Source: Octopus vulgaris
Taxonomy: Eukaryota
Reading direction: 5' to 3'
Assembly: GCA_951406725.2 (NCBI GenBank)
Contig: OX597830.1
Coordinates: forward strand, 23,870,001 to 23,934,000
DNA length: 64,000 nucleotides
Shown: one piece after another, positions 42,170-56,353 of the stretch
Numbering within the stretch: position 1 is the first letter of the stretch
Layout: each line of letters opens with the position of its first letter
Notes under the pieces: model-generated
Databases searched by the model: none
Told to the model about the DNA's origin: nothing
Seen by the model: only the letters and a program-made list of their open reading frames with translations
Position numbers and translations under genes: made by a program

Positions 42170-43902
42170 ACTACAAAATGCCACATCCACGACGACGACG
42201 ACGACGACCACCACCACCACCACCACCAACACCAACATCATCAACACCACCAACACCACCAACACCACCAACACTACCACTATCACACCCACTACCACCG
42301 CCGCCGCCGCCGCTTCCACCACCACCTCCACCACCACTACTGCAGGCACTTGAACCTTTACTACAACCATTACCACAAGCAATACAGCCACCACTACCAC
42401 CACCACCACCACCGCAGCCATCATCACCACCACCACAACCACCACCACCACTGTATTACCCATCATACCATCACTCTTATACCACCTGCAGCGCCATCAT
42501 CAAACTCCACAGCCGTCACAATAACCATCATGACCTTTACAACCACCATCAACACCACCATCACCGTGACTACTCCCCCTCCCCCACACACTGATAGAAC
42601 TACCACCACCTTCACACCCAGCACCACCGCTACAACCTGCACCACTGCCACAACTACCGTCGCAGCCACCACCACCACCAACACAACCATCACTCCGAAC
42701 CTCACCACCACCACCGCCACAGCCATCGCCGCCACCACCACCACCACCACCACCAACACAACCATCACTCCGAACCTCACCACCACCACCGCCACAGCCA
42801 TCGCCGCCGCTGTCGCCGCCACCACCACCACCACCACCACCACCAACACAACCATCACTCCGAACCTCACCACCACCACCGCCACAGCCATCGCCGCCGC
42901 TGTCGCCGCCACCACCACCACCACCACCACCACCACCAACACAACCATCACTCCGAACCTCACCACCACCACCGCCACAGCCATCGCTGCCACCACCACC
43001 ACCACCACCACCACCAACACAACCATCACTCCGAACCTCACCACCACCACCAACACAACCATCACTCCGAACCTCACCACCACCACCACCGCCACAGCCA
43101 TCGCCGCCGCTGTCGCCACCCACACCACCACCACCACCACCACCACCACCACCACCACCACCAATTACACAAGATATATTTATCAAAGATTGATCTGTTG
43201 ATAAGCAGACAGTAATTAACTTGGATAACTCTTTATGTAAATTTCCCCAAAGTTAATTAATAAATCTCGTTGATTAGTTCTCCCCATTTTAATTACTCCC
43301 CAACTTACAAAACCTACGGCTGACTGCAGGAACTGAGCTTGAGTCAACATCCTCATCACCACCACCACCACCAACACCACCACCACCACCACCACCACCA
43401 CCACCACCACCACCACCACCACCAACACCACCACCACCACCAACACCATCACCACCACCACCACCACCACCACCACCACCACCACCACCACCACCACCAC
43501 CACCACCACCACCACCATCACCACCACCATCACCACCACCACCACCACCACCACCACCACCACCACCACAACCACCACCACCACCACCACCACCACTACC
43601 ATCCTTCTCGTCCTCCGCCGCTGCGTCATCGACGTTGAAGTCTCCGCCGATGTCGACATCGTCATTTTTATCGAGATCATCATTACCACTAGCATCATCA
43701 ACATAATCATCATCGTCATCATCATAATCATCATCATCATCATCATCATAATTATCACCACCACATCACCCCCCCACTACCACCACCACCACCACCACCA
43801 TCACCACCATCATCATCACCCTCACCATCATGATTACCACCACCGCACCACTACCACCACCACCACTATCATCACCACCACTACTAACACCGCCATCCTC
43901 CC

Positions 43903-43935
<33 letters not shown>

Positions 43936-44083
43936 TCATCATCATCATCATCACCATCACCATCATCATCATCATCACCATCACCACCATCATCACCACC
44001 ACCACCATCACCACCACCATCACCACCACCATCACCATCACCATCATCATCACCATCACCATCATCACCACCATCACCATCAC

Positions 44084-44133
<50 letters not shown>

Positions 44134-44640
44134 CCACCACCACCACCACCATTCGTCGTTTTCGTTGGCGTTATTGTTATCACGATCATCCTCACGGAGG
44201 CCACCGCTATCATAATAATCACGATCGCCGTTTTGTCATTACCGTTATCATCTTCGTCATCATCGTCATTATCATCATCGTCAACATCATCATCATCATC
44301 ATCATCATCATCGTCATCATCATCATCGTCGTTGTCGTCATCATCATCATCGTCGTTGTCGTCATCAATATCACCATCATCATCATTATCATCGACTGCA
44401 ACAGCATCAAAACCACCACCACCACTAATTACCACAAACATCGCCATCATCATCACCACCACCACCACCACCACCACCACCACCACCATCATCATCATCC
44501 CCATCATCATTATCATCATCAATTGCAGTCGCATAGCAAGCGCCACCACTACCCGAATCATCGTCATCGTCGTCGTTATCTTCATCATCATCATCATCGT
44601 CGTCGTCGTCGTCATCATCTTCATCATGACCATCATCACC
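42170..44640. repeat. Compound (CAC)n/(CAT)n low-complexity block including a higher-order minisatellite at 42660-43160
   Basis: Anchor AACACAACCATCACTCCGAACCTCACC repeated six times with variable CAC spacers. Confidence 0.9.
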
Positions 44641-45016
44641 ATCAGAAGCAGAGTCCTCCTGGTCTCTTCATCGTCTGCCTGTGATAGCAGCAAAATCTCC
44701 CTCAACTTACACTTGGCTATCTCCAGAAAAGTTTCAACAGGATTGATTCTAAAGACATAAGAACGGACACGTGGAAAGGATGACAACGACTTAAATTTAT
44801 TTATATTCATTAAAAATATCTTTTAATTCATCACATTAAGGATGTTAGCCTGCACTTAACTGAATGCTGTTCACACCCCCACTACCACCACCACCACCAC
44901 CACCACCATCATCGTTTTAAATTTCCGTATTCGAACGTCAAAATCATCACCCTCATCATCATGATTACCACCACTATACATCACCACTCAGGACCTACTA
45001 ACACCGCCATTATATG

Positions 45017-45076
<60 letters not shown>

Positions 45077-45106
45077 ATATATGTTGATTCGTTATCAATC
45101 ATCATC

Positions 45107-45147
<41 letters not shown>

Positions 45148-45149
45148 CC

Positions 45150-45270
45150 ATAGGCTCGAAACGTTAAAGACTTGTTTTATTTATATTTCCTGAGCGCCAT
45201 ACTAATACAATTGTTCGTTTGTTTTCCACCTGCCTTCGTCTTTTGTTTATTTTCATAAAGCTTCCCGTTA
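45150..45270 (+). mobile_element. Family H copy 4 (5'-truncated)
   Basis: TAGGCTCGAAACGTTAAAGAC..CACCTGCCTTCGTCTTTTG. Confidence 0.65.
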
Positions 45271-45299
45271 TATATATATATATATATATATATATACGC

Positions 45300-45680
45300 T
45301 CTTATTCTTTTCTCTATTACTTGTTTCAGTCATTTGACCGCGGCCATGTTGGAGCACCGCCTTTAGTCGAGCAAATCGACCCCAGGACTTATTCTTTGTA
45401 AGCCTAGTACTTATTCTATCGGACTCTTTTGCCGAACCGCTAAGTTGCGGGGACGTAAACACACCAGCATCGGTTGTCAAGCGATGTTGGGGGAGAAACA
45501 CAGACACACATATACATACACACAGGTATATATATATACATATATACGACGGACTTCTTTCAGTTTCCGTCTACCAAATCCACTCAGAAGGCTTTGGTCG
45601 GCCCGAGGCTATAGTAGAAGACACTTGCCCAATGTGCCACGTAGTGGGACTGAACCCGGAACCACACAGCCACTCCTACG

Positions 45681-45683
<3 letters not shown>
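45300..45683 (-). mobile_element. SINE family C with small deletion in head
   Basis: Collinear with 39810-40218. Confidence 0.88.
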
Positions 45684-45750
<67 letters not shown>

Positions 45751-45885
45751 AGAGGTCATGAAAAACTGTTAAGTCTAGAGATGAAACTTTCACTCCCCCT
45801 TCTCTCGCTCACTCTTTCTCTCTTTCCTTCTTCCCTTCCTTCCTTTTTCTTTCTTTTCTTCTATCTCTCCCTCTCTATCTCTCGA

Positions 45886-46501
45886 CGAAGTTTGATCAAG
45901 AGATATCGGGACTGTTGCTATGGTAATGGAACTAAAGCACGTAGAGTGAAGCTGCTTGGCACTGATTGACCTTGAACTCCGACGCGCATGCACACTAAAT
46001 TCTAATGTTCTCGCTCACTTCTGTTGTTTATAGCAGAGCTTGGAAGTAAAATGTGTAGAGTGTGGTCCGTCTCACCACACCACAGAAGTTCCATCAATAA
46101 CCATGGTATAGAAAATGAGTGTATGTGTATGAGAGAGAGTGAGAGAGAGATGGAGAGTAAGAGGAGAGAGATGGAGAGAAAGAGAGAGAGAGAGAGAGTA
46201 CTGCGTGGAAAGGGATGACTTGGAGATTACTACGGCGAACGAACTCTCCAAAAATTGAATCCCACTTGAAAGGGACAAAATTTCAAGACGTCCAGAAAAA
46301 AACCAAGAGAATGCGACGTGGTAGCTGCTCGCTATCCTCAGAAAAGGAGTTCCAGGAATGGTTCCATCCGTGGAAACGATGCTGGACGAAGTGTATGTCT
46401 TGAGAAGGAGACAACTTCGAAGGGAAATTAAATGGCGAATTGATGTGTGCTGGAGTTTTCTTTTTGTAGCACCGATCCTCATGCTTTGTGATCAGGCCTC
46501 A
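45886..46501 (+). mobile_element. Internally deleted mariner element
   Basis: 5' part homologous to 10120-10310; C-terminal transposase PKIESHLKGTKFQDV and [22 protein letters not shown]; decayed TIR TGATCAGGCCTCATA. Confidence 0.78.
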
Positions 46502-46557
46502 TATGCATATTCCTGCGTGTGCGTACATATAAACACATATATGCATACATACATACA

Positions 46558-46593
<36 letters not shown>

Positions 46594-46599
46594 TATATC

Positions 46600-46631
<32 letters not shown>

Positions 46632-46664
46632 CATGTATATGTATATATACATACGTATACTTAT

Positions 46665-46711
<47 letters not shown>

Positions 46712-46865
46712 CATATATATACATATATATATATACACATATACATACATACATTCATACGTACATACATATGTATGTATATATATATTTATGAATGTTT
46801 GCATGTATGTATGTATGTATGAATGAATGTATATATATATATATATGTAAATATACATATACATA

Positions 46866-46929
<64 letters not shown>

Positions 46930-46953
46930 GTATATGTATATATACATATACAT

Positions 46954-46984
<31 letters not shown>

Positions 46985-47884
46985 TATATACATACATACA
47001 TTCATACATACATACATACATACATATTTACATACATACATACATACATACATATACACACACTCACATATATATATACATACATAAATTCATACATACA
47101 TAGATACATACATGCAAACATTCATACATATATACATACACGCACATATACAAAAAAAAAGAGAGTGAGAGAGAGAGAGAGTGAGAATTGTTCGGTTGAA
47201 CAATTTCATCTCTTGACTTCATCAATTTTTAATGAGAACTTGTAAATAAATTATTGCATATATAATGTTTAAAAGTTGTGAAAATGAAGACAGATAGTGC
47301 AACAGTTCCAAAAATGGCTACAGGTATATAAAATCGGGTAGGGGTATCAACTGTAAATCAGGTAGTATGATCTACACGTGCAGATTAAATATAAGCTGAG
47401 GAATACGGCGAGTTTAAATATTTAAGATGCGATTTGGCCGTAACGGAATCGAAACGATACTGCATAGTCATCATTTAACGAAAACATTTCCATCGAGACA
47501 TGTAATTACTCGCAACAAAAGGAAAAAAAAAAAAATAATAATCACTCATTGGCTAGTTCAAACTATATCGTCATATCATTAGTTTAAAGATATCTGAGCA
47601 GTTAATCTGTTTTATACATACAAACAGAAACAACAGTAAATTAAAATAACAGAATTTCATACAATTTCCGATTATAGAATATACATGGTTTTTTTTTGAT
47701 GTTTATAAAATATCACGCAATGTGTTACGTACCAAATGATGACAGAGATAAAGGTAACAAGTTCCGTATTCCAGATTAATATCGACTAATTTGTATCTAG
47801 CAATTTTTCAGTTTCTCAGTTGTCCTCTCTCACTGTCTCTTTCTCACATTTTCTCTGTCTCTCTACATCATATATCCCATCTCC

Positions 47885-48425
47885 GACGTCGGCTTTGCCT
47901 TTCATCCTTTCGGGGTTGATTAATTAAATACCCTGTTGTGTTCTGTGGTCGATCTAATCGACTGGCCCCCTCCCCCAAAATTTCAGGCCTTGTGCTTAGA
48001 GTAGAAAAAGGTTATTGTTTAAGACGGCGTGCCTGCAGAAACGTTAGTACTTAGGGCGAAATGCTTAGAGGTATTTCGTTTGTCTTTACGTTCTGAGTTC
48101 AAATTCCGCCGAGGTCGACTTTGTCTTTTATCCTTTCCGGGTCGATAAATTAAGTACCAGTTGCGTACTGGGGTCGATCTAATCGACTGGCACTCTCCTC
48201 AAAAGCTTCGGGCTTTGTACCTAGAGTAGAAAATATTTTAAAGACGGCGAGCCTACAGAAACGTTAGCACGCCGGGCGAAATGCTTTGCATTCTGAGTTC
48301 AAATTCCGCCGAGGTCGACTTTGTCTTTCATCCTTTCGGTTGCGTAGTGGGGTCGATCTAATCGATTGCCCCTCCCCACCCCCCCCAAAAAAATTTCGCG
48401 CTTTGTACCTAGAGTAGAAAAGATT
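47885..48425 (+). mobile_element. Tandem trimer of SINE family A
   Basis: Three cores, each ending TAGAGTAGAAAA. Confidence 0.85.
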
Positions 48426-48674
48426 ATATATATCGTCTTTTATCTTTTACTTATTTCATTCGTTGGTTTCAAATTTTGGTTCAAAGCCAGCAGTGTTATG
48501 GGATTTGATTTACTCCAGTGATTAACTGGTATTTATTTTATCGAATCCGAGAAGATGAAAGGCAATTTGAACTCAGAACCTAAAACGGACCAAATGGCGT
48601 TAAGGATTTCGCCAGGGGGTGCTCACGGTTCTACCCAATCTCTGCCTACATATGGTGACAATAATAATAACCCT

Positions 48675-49275
48675 TTCTACTAAAGGCACAAAACCGAGAA
48701 TTTGGCGGGAGGGAACTAGTCGATTACATCAACTCCAGTGTTTCACGGGTACTTAATTTATCGTGGAGGTGCAACGGCCCAGTAGTTAGGGCAGCGGACT
48801 CGCGGTTGTGGGATCGTGGTTTCGATTCCCAGACCGGGCGTTGTGAGTGTTTATTGAGTGAAAACACCTAAAGCTCCACGAGGCTCCGGCAGGGGGTAGT
48901 GGGGAGCCCTGCTATACTCTTTCACCACAACTATCGCTCACTCTTTCTTCCTCTTACTGTTATACCTGTATTTCAAAAGGCCAGGCTTGTCACGCTGAAT
49001 CTCCCCGAGAACTAAGTTAAGGGTATACGTATCTGTGGAGTGCTCAGCCACTTGCACGTTAATTTCACGAGCAGGATGTTCCGTTGATCGGATCAACTGG
49101 AACCCTCATCGTCGCAACCGACGGAGTGCCACGATGATGATGACTTAATTTATCGACTCCGAAACGATGAAAAGCAAAGTCGACTTCGGTGGAATTTGAA
49201 CTCAGAGCATAAAGACGGACAAAATGCTGCTAAGTAATTTGCCCGGCGTGCTTAACGATTCTGCCAGTTCACCGC
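48675..49275 (-). mobile_element. SINE family A interrupted by a family B insertion
   Basis: Family A halves at 48675-48763 and 49143-49275. Confidence 0.8.
48764..49142 (+). mobile_element. Full-length SINE family B with 13-bp TSD
   Basis: ACTTAATTTATCG at 48751-48763 and 49143-49155; (GAT)n tail. Confidence 0.9.
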
Positions 49276-49401
49276 GTTACATATTTTTGTCATTAGACAG
49301 CGGACATTTTGGGACACCACCTCGAAGAATTTTAGTCGAAAGAATCGATTCCAATATATCTTTTTTATGCCTACTACTTCTACTGGTGCCCGAACTGGCA
49401 A

Positions 49402-49474
<73 letters not shown>

Positions 49475-49657
49475 TAGATAGATGGATATATATATGTATA
49501 TATATATATAGATAGATAGATAAATAGACAGATAGATAGATAGATACACAGATAGACAGATAGATTGAGAGAGAGAGATAAATAGATTGATAGATGAACA
49601 TATACATATATATATATATATAAACATATATATATTCATACACGCATGTATTTGTAC

Positions 49658-49688
<31 letters not shown>

Positions 49689-50739
49689 TGTATGTATGTA
49701 TGTATGTATGTATGTGAGTATTTGTGTCTGTGTGTTTATTTTTGTTTGTATGCATATATATATATATATATATATATTGGTGCGCATGTATCTGAATAAT
49801 ATACCAGAATAATATATTAGTATAGAGTACATTTTTCAAGTTGAATATTCTAACCTACTCTGGTGGAAATCTTAAAAGTTTTTGTCTCGTTCTTCTTTGA
49901 AATTAGCCTTTGGTTAAAACTCTTTCACCGAGTTTGCTTCGGTTTCTCGTCGACCAAATCTCGCTCTCACTCTTCCTCTTTATCACTCACTCTCTCTCTC
50001 TCTCTCTCTCCCTTTATCTCTTTCCCCTCCTTTTTTTCTGTCTCTTCCTCTGAATACATACGCACAAACACGCTTACACACATATACAACTACAATCAGA
50101 CACACATACACACACATGAGTATATTTTGCTACATGTCAGTATGTAACAAAATATATACACACACATACACACCCTCAGTCACACATTTACAGAAACCAA
50201 GACCTAAATACACACACACATACACACACACAAACATACCAACATCTACATACATAGGTACGCACTCTCATAAATACCCCCATATAACTTAGCATTAGCA
50301 CATTATATATATACACACACAGACACACACAGACACACACACACACACAGAGAGCCACACACACGCACATATACATACACGCCCGCGTAAGTCTTAAGTG
50401 ATATGTGTATGTGTATGTGTTTGCGTCTATGTCCATCAATATTTATGTTGGTTCCCATCAGTATTTCGACACAGTCACATTTAGTTGGAGAACAACAACA
50501 CCAACAAGAAGATGAAGAAGTTAAAACAACAACAAAACAACAACAACAACAATAGCACCAAGCAACGAGATGCATCGTACTAATTCATCCGACGGCATGT
50601 ACATGGAATATTTTCCGCCATTGCCTCCAGAAATTTGACGTCGAAAATATCTATCAATGTTGCGAAAGTTAATCTTGGATGGCTTTTAGAACTGCCATTT
50701 TAGCAACGGGGTGAGTTTTATTGTTGCTATCGCTGCTGA

Positions 50740-50740
50740 A

Positions 50741-50771
<31 letters not shown>

Positions 50772-50814
50772 CTTGTGTTAATTGTGATGATGATGATGAT
50801 GCTTGTGTTAATTG

Positions 50815-50848
<34 letters not shown>

Positions 50849-51525
50849 GGTGTTGGTGACGATGATGGTGATAATGATAATGATAGGCGCGATGGTGATG
50901 GTGATAGTAGTGGTGATGTTGATAGTGGTGGTGATGGTGGTGGTGGTTGCGGTGGTGGTGGTGGTGATGATGAGGATGATGATGATGGTATTGTTGATGG
51001 TGACGGTGGCGATGATGTTGATGATGAAAATGATAGGTGTGATGGTAGTGATGATGATGATAGGTGCGATGTCGGTGGCCATAGTGGTGGTGATGGTGGT
51101 GGTGGTAGTGGTGGATGTGCTGGTGATGATGATGATGATGTTGGTGGTGGTGGTGGTGATGATGATGATGATGAGTGTGGTAGATGTGGTGGTGGTGCAG
51201 TGGTGGTGGTGGTGATGATGATGATGATGAGTGTGGTAGATGTGGTGGTGGTGCAGACGCTGGTGGTGGTGATGGTGATGACGTTGATGATGATAATGAT
51301 GATGATAATGATAGGCGTGATGGTGGGCGTGATGGTGGCGATGATAATGGTAGTGATGGTAGTGGTGGTGGTGGTGGTGGTGGTGGAGTTGGTGGTGGTG
51401 ATGATGATGATAACGATGATGATGATGATGATGATGAAAGATGATGTTGATGATGATGATGATGGCAAGGGTGGTGGAAGGGGGAGATGATGATAATGAT
51501 GATGGGGTTGGAAATGGTGGTGGTG
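50740..51525. repeat. (GAT)n/(GGT)n compound microsatellite
   Basis: Read directly. Confidence 0.9.
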
Positions 51526-51951
51526 ATTCTTTTATCTAAAAGTTTCCTCGGCTGTGATCGATTGTTTAATATATTGGTGATGCTAATGTCGGTGACATCG
51601 TTTACATCGTTGTTGTTGCTTAGCTACTGATCAGATCTTTACCAAATAGATCTATGATCAAAGCGGTTCCGGCCGTGATCATCTCATCTTTTGTTTTACG
51701 TGCAGAGCACCGAACCGAATCCAGTATTCCTTTATCCAATCTCTCCTCGCTGATTTAAAGACGGTAGGGTGGGATTTTATATAAGAATTTGTTGAGCTTT
51801 TAGAGGGACCAGCAGAGACAACTAATTGTTAGCGACTAGGGAGAATAAAAGAGGAGATCATTGCAAAATATCAGAAATAAATTGCTTAAGTTAGTATACT
51901 TACTTAAGGAATAGACAGTCTCCTCTTTCTTTGTTTATAAGAAATGTTCAG

Positions 51952-51993
51952 CTATGGACATATATTTCGGTAAATTTGACCTCGTCAGTATAG
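51952..51993 (-). ncRNA. Minimal type I hammerhead ribozyme motif
   Basis: CUAUA-CUGACGA-GGU-CAAAUUU-ACC-GAAA-UAUAUG-UC-CAUAG: intact core, GUC cleavage triplet, three stems, one mismatch at the base of stem I. Confidence 0.65.
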
Positions 51994-52260
51994 TACAGTC
52001 GAACTTAGCCTGCAGATCAGGTTTTTTTTTGTGTATTTCGTCTTTATTAATGAAAAAATAGTTAGGCATATTTTGGTCAATGATAATTTGAATGACTAAA
52101 AATAAGTTTAAATAGAGCAAGCAGAAATTACTCAAAGCGGCAAACAGCATACATTTACATAATTCAAGTTAAAGTAGGTTTTATTGAATGCCGTATATGA
52201 TAAATTCTAAATCTATTGAAATTACTGTCTTAGATGGAGAGACTACAAAAACCCATTTCA

Positions 52261-52329
<69 letters not shown>

Positions 52330-52632
52330 GTATATACGTATAAATATATGTGTGTGCGTACGTGTGTATGTAAATGTGTGTGTGTATATATATACATACA
52401 TATATATGTGTGTGTGTGTGTGTGTGTATTGCCTGTCAAACCTTATGTCCCTACTTCCACACACGCTAACTTAATTTAATTCGTCCTTAGTCGAAAGACA
52501 CCTTTTGTTATGTCCTGTTATTGCATTTGTGTTTGTGTAACAGATCTCCGTTTTTTCCATCGTTGTTTGCTTTGTATCGTCTGTCTGGTTGTTTTGCGTT
52601 CTTGTCCCATTCTTATATGCATATATATATAT

Positions 52633-52671
<39 letters not shown>

Positions 52672-53149
52672 AACAAAAAGTACTTTAATCTGGTGAGAGA
52701 CAGATATTATTTAGTAAACACACATGTCATATATTATGTTTATTGAATATATATATATATATATGTATATAGGCAGATAGATACGTATGGATATACATTA
52801 AAAACCATACACACATACAAACACACACGTACGCACGCACACACACGCACACACACGCATATAGGTAGTACTGCTGAGGAAGCATTAAATTAAAACCGCC
52901 ATCTATGTATCATACTTAATGTATATACACAGCTACTATTCCAGAGATTGGTATTCGACCTAAGATTACATCTTTTATGGAAGTGCTGTGTTAAAAACAG
53001 AATAAATACCAGGAAACGTCCCAGCACCCAACGATTTCGGAAGATGCGTTTCTGCTTTTTGGGCCTTCTAATGGTGTGTACCCCCAGTCTGTCACAGTCG
53101 ATTGTGCAACACCGGTGATTATTTTATTCATTGGTTCTTATATGTTAGG

Positions 53150-53405
53150 TTAGGTTCCCTTCTCGAGTCATGCTGGCTCAGAAGGGTGGGTTTCCCGGTT
53201 TCCTTGGCATATTATTTCCCCACCTGGTCCCTGGACGGGACGCTGGTACCTTGCAGGATTACACATTTTTACCAGCTCAGTGGACTGGAGCAACGTGAAT
53301 TGAAGTGTTTTGCTCAAGAACACAACGCATCGCCCGGTCCAGGAAACGAAGCCACAATCTTACGATCATGCGGTCAAATCTCTAACTACTAAAACACGTG
53401 CTCTC
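53150..53405 (-). mobile_element. Diverged tRNA-headed SINE, family D
   Basis: Minus TAGTAGTTAGAG..GCTTCGTTTCCTGGACCGGGCGATGCGTTGTGTTCTTGAGCAAAACACTTCA. Confidence 0.6.
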
Positions 53406-54084
53406 ACACTGGTTCCTATATCGGAGGAGACGAATTCTCATACAAAAAGGGAAATATTGAAACGGTTCTTAGTGACACCAAACAATAGATATTCCAGAAT
53501 GTTTGCAGACACGGAGCGGTGGTTGATGGATCTGTATGATGTTATTTCACATTGAAATAACATTACTGTTTCCAGCCTCATGGATATGTGGCACCGTGAT
53601 ACATGTAGATGTTGGTGAAAGCTGTGATTCCTTCAGGCTTTGCGTGTTTTAGGCGTGTGTTTATCACTTGTTGGTAGTGGTGCTGCTGTTGTCTTCTTCT
53701 TCTTCTTCTTCTTCTTCTTCTTCTTCTTCTTCTTCTTCTTCTTCTTCTTCTTCTTCTTCTTCTTCTTCTTCTCCTCCTCCTCCTCCTCCTCCTCCTCCTC
53801 CTCCTCCTTCTTCCAATCAGGACTCACGCCATTAGCCACAAAGAATAATCTCTAATTCGATCCTACTCTAAGCTACTAAGAATGTGTGTGGCAACTTGAA
53901 GATCCACCCACCTCATGTGATAGACAGGCGGTTGCACGTGCACGAAAGCTACGTTGTTATCCTTATTCCGTAAACAGTGGCTTTTAACGGGTGGAGAGCT
54001 GAACCATCCTGTACAGAGGATTCGTAATCTAGACTAGGGTGTGAAAGTTTACTACACCATAGTGGGTTACACCATGGTTCCTCT

Positions 54085-54262
54085 GCTTTGTGGCAGAAGT
54101 AGGAAGAAAGAGTGAGAGAAAGAGTACAGCGGGGTTCACACCCCTCCCCCCGCCGGAGCCTCGTTTGCTCAATAAACACTCACAATTCCCGGTCTGGGAA
54201 TCGAAACAGCGTTCTTACGACCGCGAGTCGACTGCCCTAACCACTGGGCCATTGCGCATCCA
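54085..54262 (-). mobile_element. SINE family B 5' part
   Basis: Minus GGATGCGCAATGGCCCAGTGGTTAGGGCAG head. Confidence 0.82.
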
Positions 54263-54658
54263 CTGCTGCTGTTGCATGCCATTGATGATGATAATGGTGA
54301 TAATGCTGCCGATAATGACGGCAGAGGTATTGGTAGACGTTTCCTGATTTTCTTTTTCTACATCAACACATTGAATTTCCATAGGTTTTGTTGCCTCACT
54401 TTGATGACACTACTCATCTTCGTCATACAGTGCACAATAACGGAAGTAGAAGCCATATTGCTAAAATATTTACATCGTCTACTCAATTCAATTTCCGCCC
54501 GGACGCCATGATGTATGCAGGCGCAGTTCACGTCTTGATTACAAGTCATGTGACTAACAATAGCGGCGATAAAAGTAGTAGCATTAGTAGTAATGGTAGT
54601 ACTAGCAGCAGCAGCAGCATTAGTATCATCATCATCAGCAGAAGCAGCAGCAGCGGCG

Positions 54659-54694
<36 letters not shown>

Positions 54695-55055
54695 CCAGCA
54701 CCACCCATAGCAATACCAGCAACAGGACTACCACCAAGAAAATATAACCACCATCACAACAACAACCACAACAAAAACCATCAACACAACCAGCACCATC
54801 AAGAACACCACCACCACACCACCACTACCAACAGCAACAACAACAATAACAACAACAACAACAATACTATCAACATCATTAAAACCCACCGTAAAACAAG
54901 AACAAAATTTAAACAAAGATACAATAAAACAAGCAAAGTAAAATCAAACGAAAATGATCAAAAGAAATGGAGTATAAAAAGGAAAAAAAAGAGAAAATTG
55001 AAATGACAGCAATAACGATAACGACAACGGTAACAATAACGTCAACAACAATGAT

Positions 55056-55140
<85 letters not shown>

Positions 55141-55244
55141 GCAAGCGCTAATCATACCATCATAAGAACAGCGGCAAACAAAAGAGCATCGGCAATTTTC
55201 TCTGGAAGTTCGAATCTACGTAGAAAAACTATTGTCAGTTTTCA

Positions 55245-56085
55245 TGGAGGTGATGGAGGTGGTGGCGGTGGTGGTGGTGAGAGAATGGTGATGGTGATGG
55301 TGGTGTTGGTTGCGGTGGTGTTTGATAGAAGGTGATGGTGGTGGTGGTGGTGGTTGTGGTGGTGTTGAGAGAATGGTGATGGTGGTGGTGGTGGTTGTGG
55401 TGGTGGTTGTGGTGGTGTTGATACATGCTGATGCTGGTGGTGGTGGTGGTTGTTGCGGTAGTGTTGATAGACGGTGATGGTAGTGGTTGCGATGATCTTG
55501 AGAGAATGTTGGTGGTGGTAGTGGTGGTGGTGGTGGTGGTGGTAGTTGTGGTGGTCTTGGGAGAATGGTGATGTTGTGGTGGTGTTGAGAGAATGTTAGT
55601 GTTGGCGGTGGTGGTGATGGTGGTGGTATCTGTGGTGGTGGTGGTGGTGGTGGTTGTAGTAGTGTTGAGAGATGGTGGTGAACGTGGATGTTTTGCGAAA
55701 GAAGGCGGAAGGTGATGGTGGCAGTTGCGGTGGTGTTGACAGGGGTTGTGGTGGTGGTGGTTGTGCTGACAGATGAAGTGATGAAGGTAGTGGCTGTTGT
55801 GATGTTGTTGATAGAAGTGGTGGTTGGGGTTGCGATAGTGTTGACAGAAGTGGAGGCGGAGGTAGTGGTATTGACAGAGGTGGTGTGCTAGGGTTGAGGT
55901 GGATTTGACAGGAATGAAAGTGGAGGTGGTGGTGGTTGTTCTCGTGGTGGATATTGTCGAAGTGGTGATTGCTGTAGTGGTGGTTGCTCTGATGGTGGTT
56001 GTTGTGGTAGTTATGTTGGTTGTTGTTGTGGTGGTAGTTGTTGTGATTGTTGGTTGTTGTGGCTACTGTGGTAGTGACTGTGGTG
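55245..56085. repeat. GGT-rich degenerate minisatellite (recurrent GTGTTGAGAGAATGGTG / GTGTTGACAG anchors)
   Basis: Read directly. Confidence 0.8.
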
Positions 56086-56093
56086 GAATTATC

Positions 56094-56353
56094 AAAGGCA
56101 TGTACTTTGCGAATCCAGGTAAAAAAAAGTCACAGGAAAAAAAATCACAGGGGTTTTGTCCGGTGGGGTTTGTCCGAGGGGCATTTGTCCTAGAGGTTGT
56201 TTTGTTCGGATCCCATAAATTGATTGTGACTTTTTTCCTGTGATTTTTTCCTAGCCAAAACTGTGATTTTATTATTGTGACTTTTTTTCCTGTAATTTTT
56301 TTCCTAGCCAAAATTGTGACTTTATTATTGTGAATTTTTTTCGTGTGCCTTTA
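56094..56353. mobile_element. MITE/foldback-like element with subterminal repeats
   Basis: AAAGGCA..AAAAAAAAGTCACAGGAAAAAAAATCACAG on the left and repeated TGTGACTTTTTTCCTG..TGCCTTT on the right; TTTGTCC repeats in the centre; no clear TSD. Confidence 0.55.

Noticed and set aside
42660-43160. CRISPR-like repeat-spacer appearance
   Set aside because: Spacers are related CAC runs, the context is eukaryotic, and no cas genes are present.
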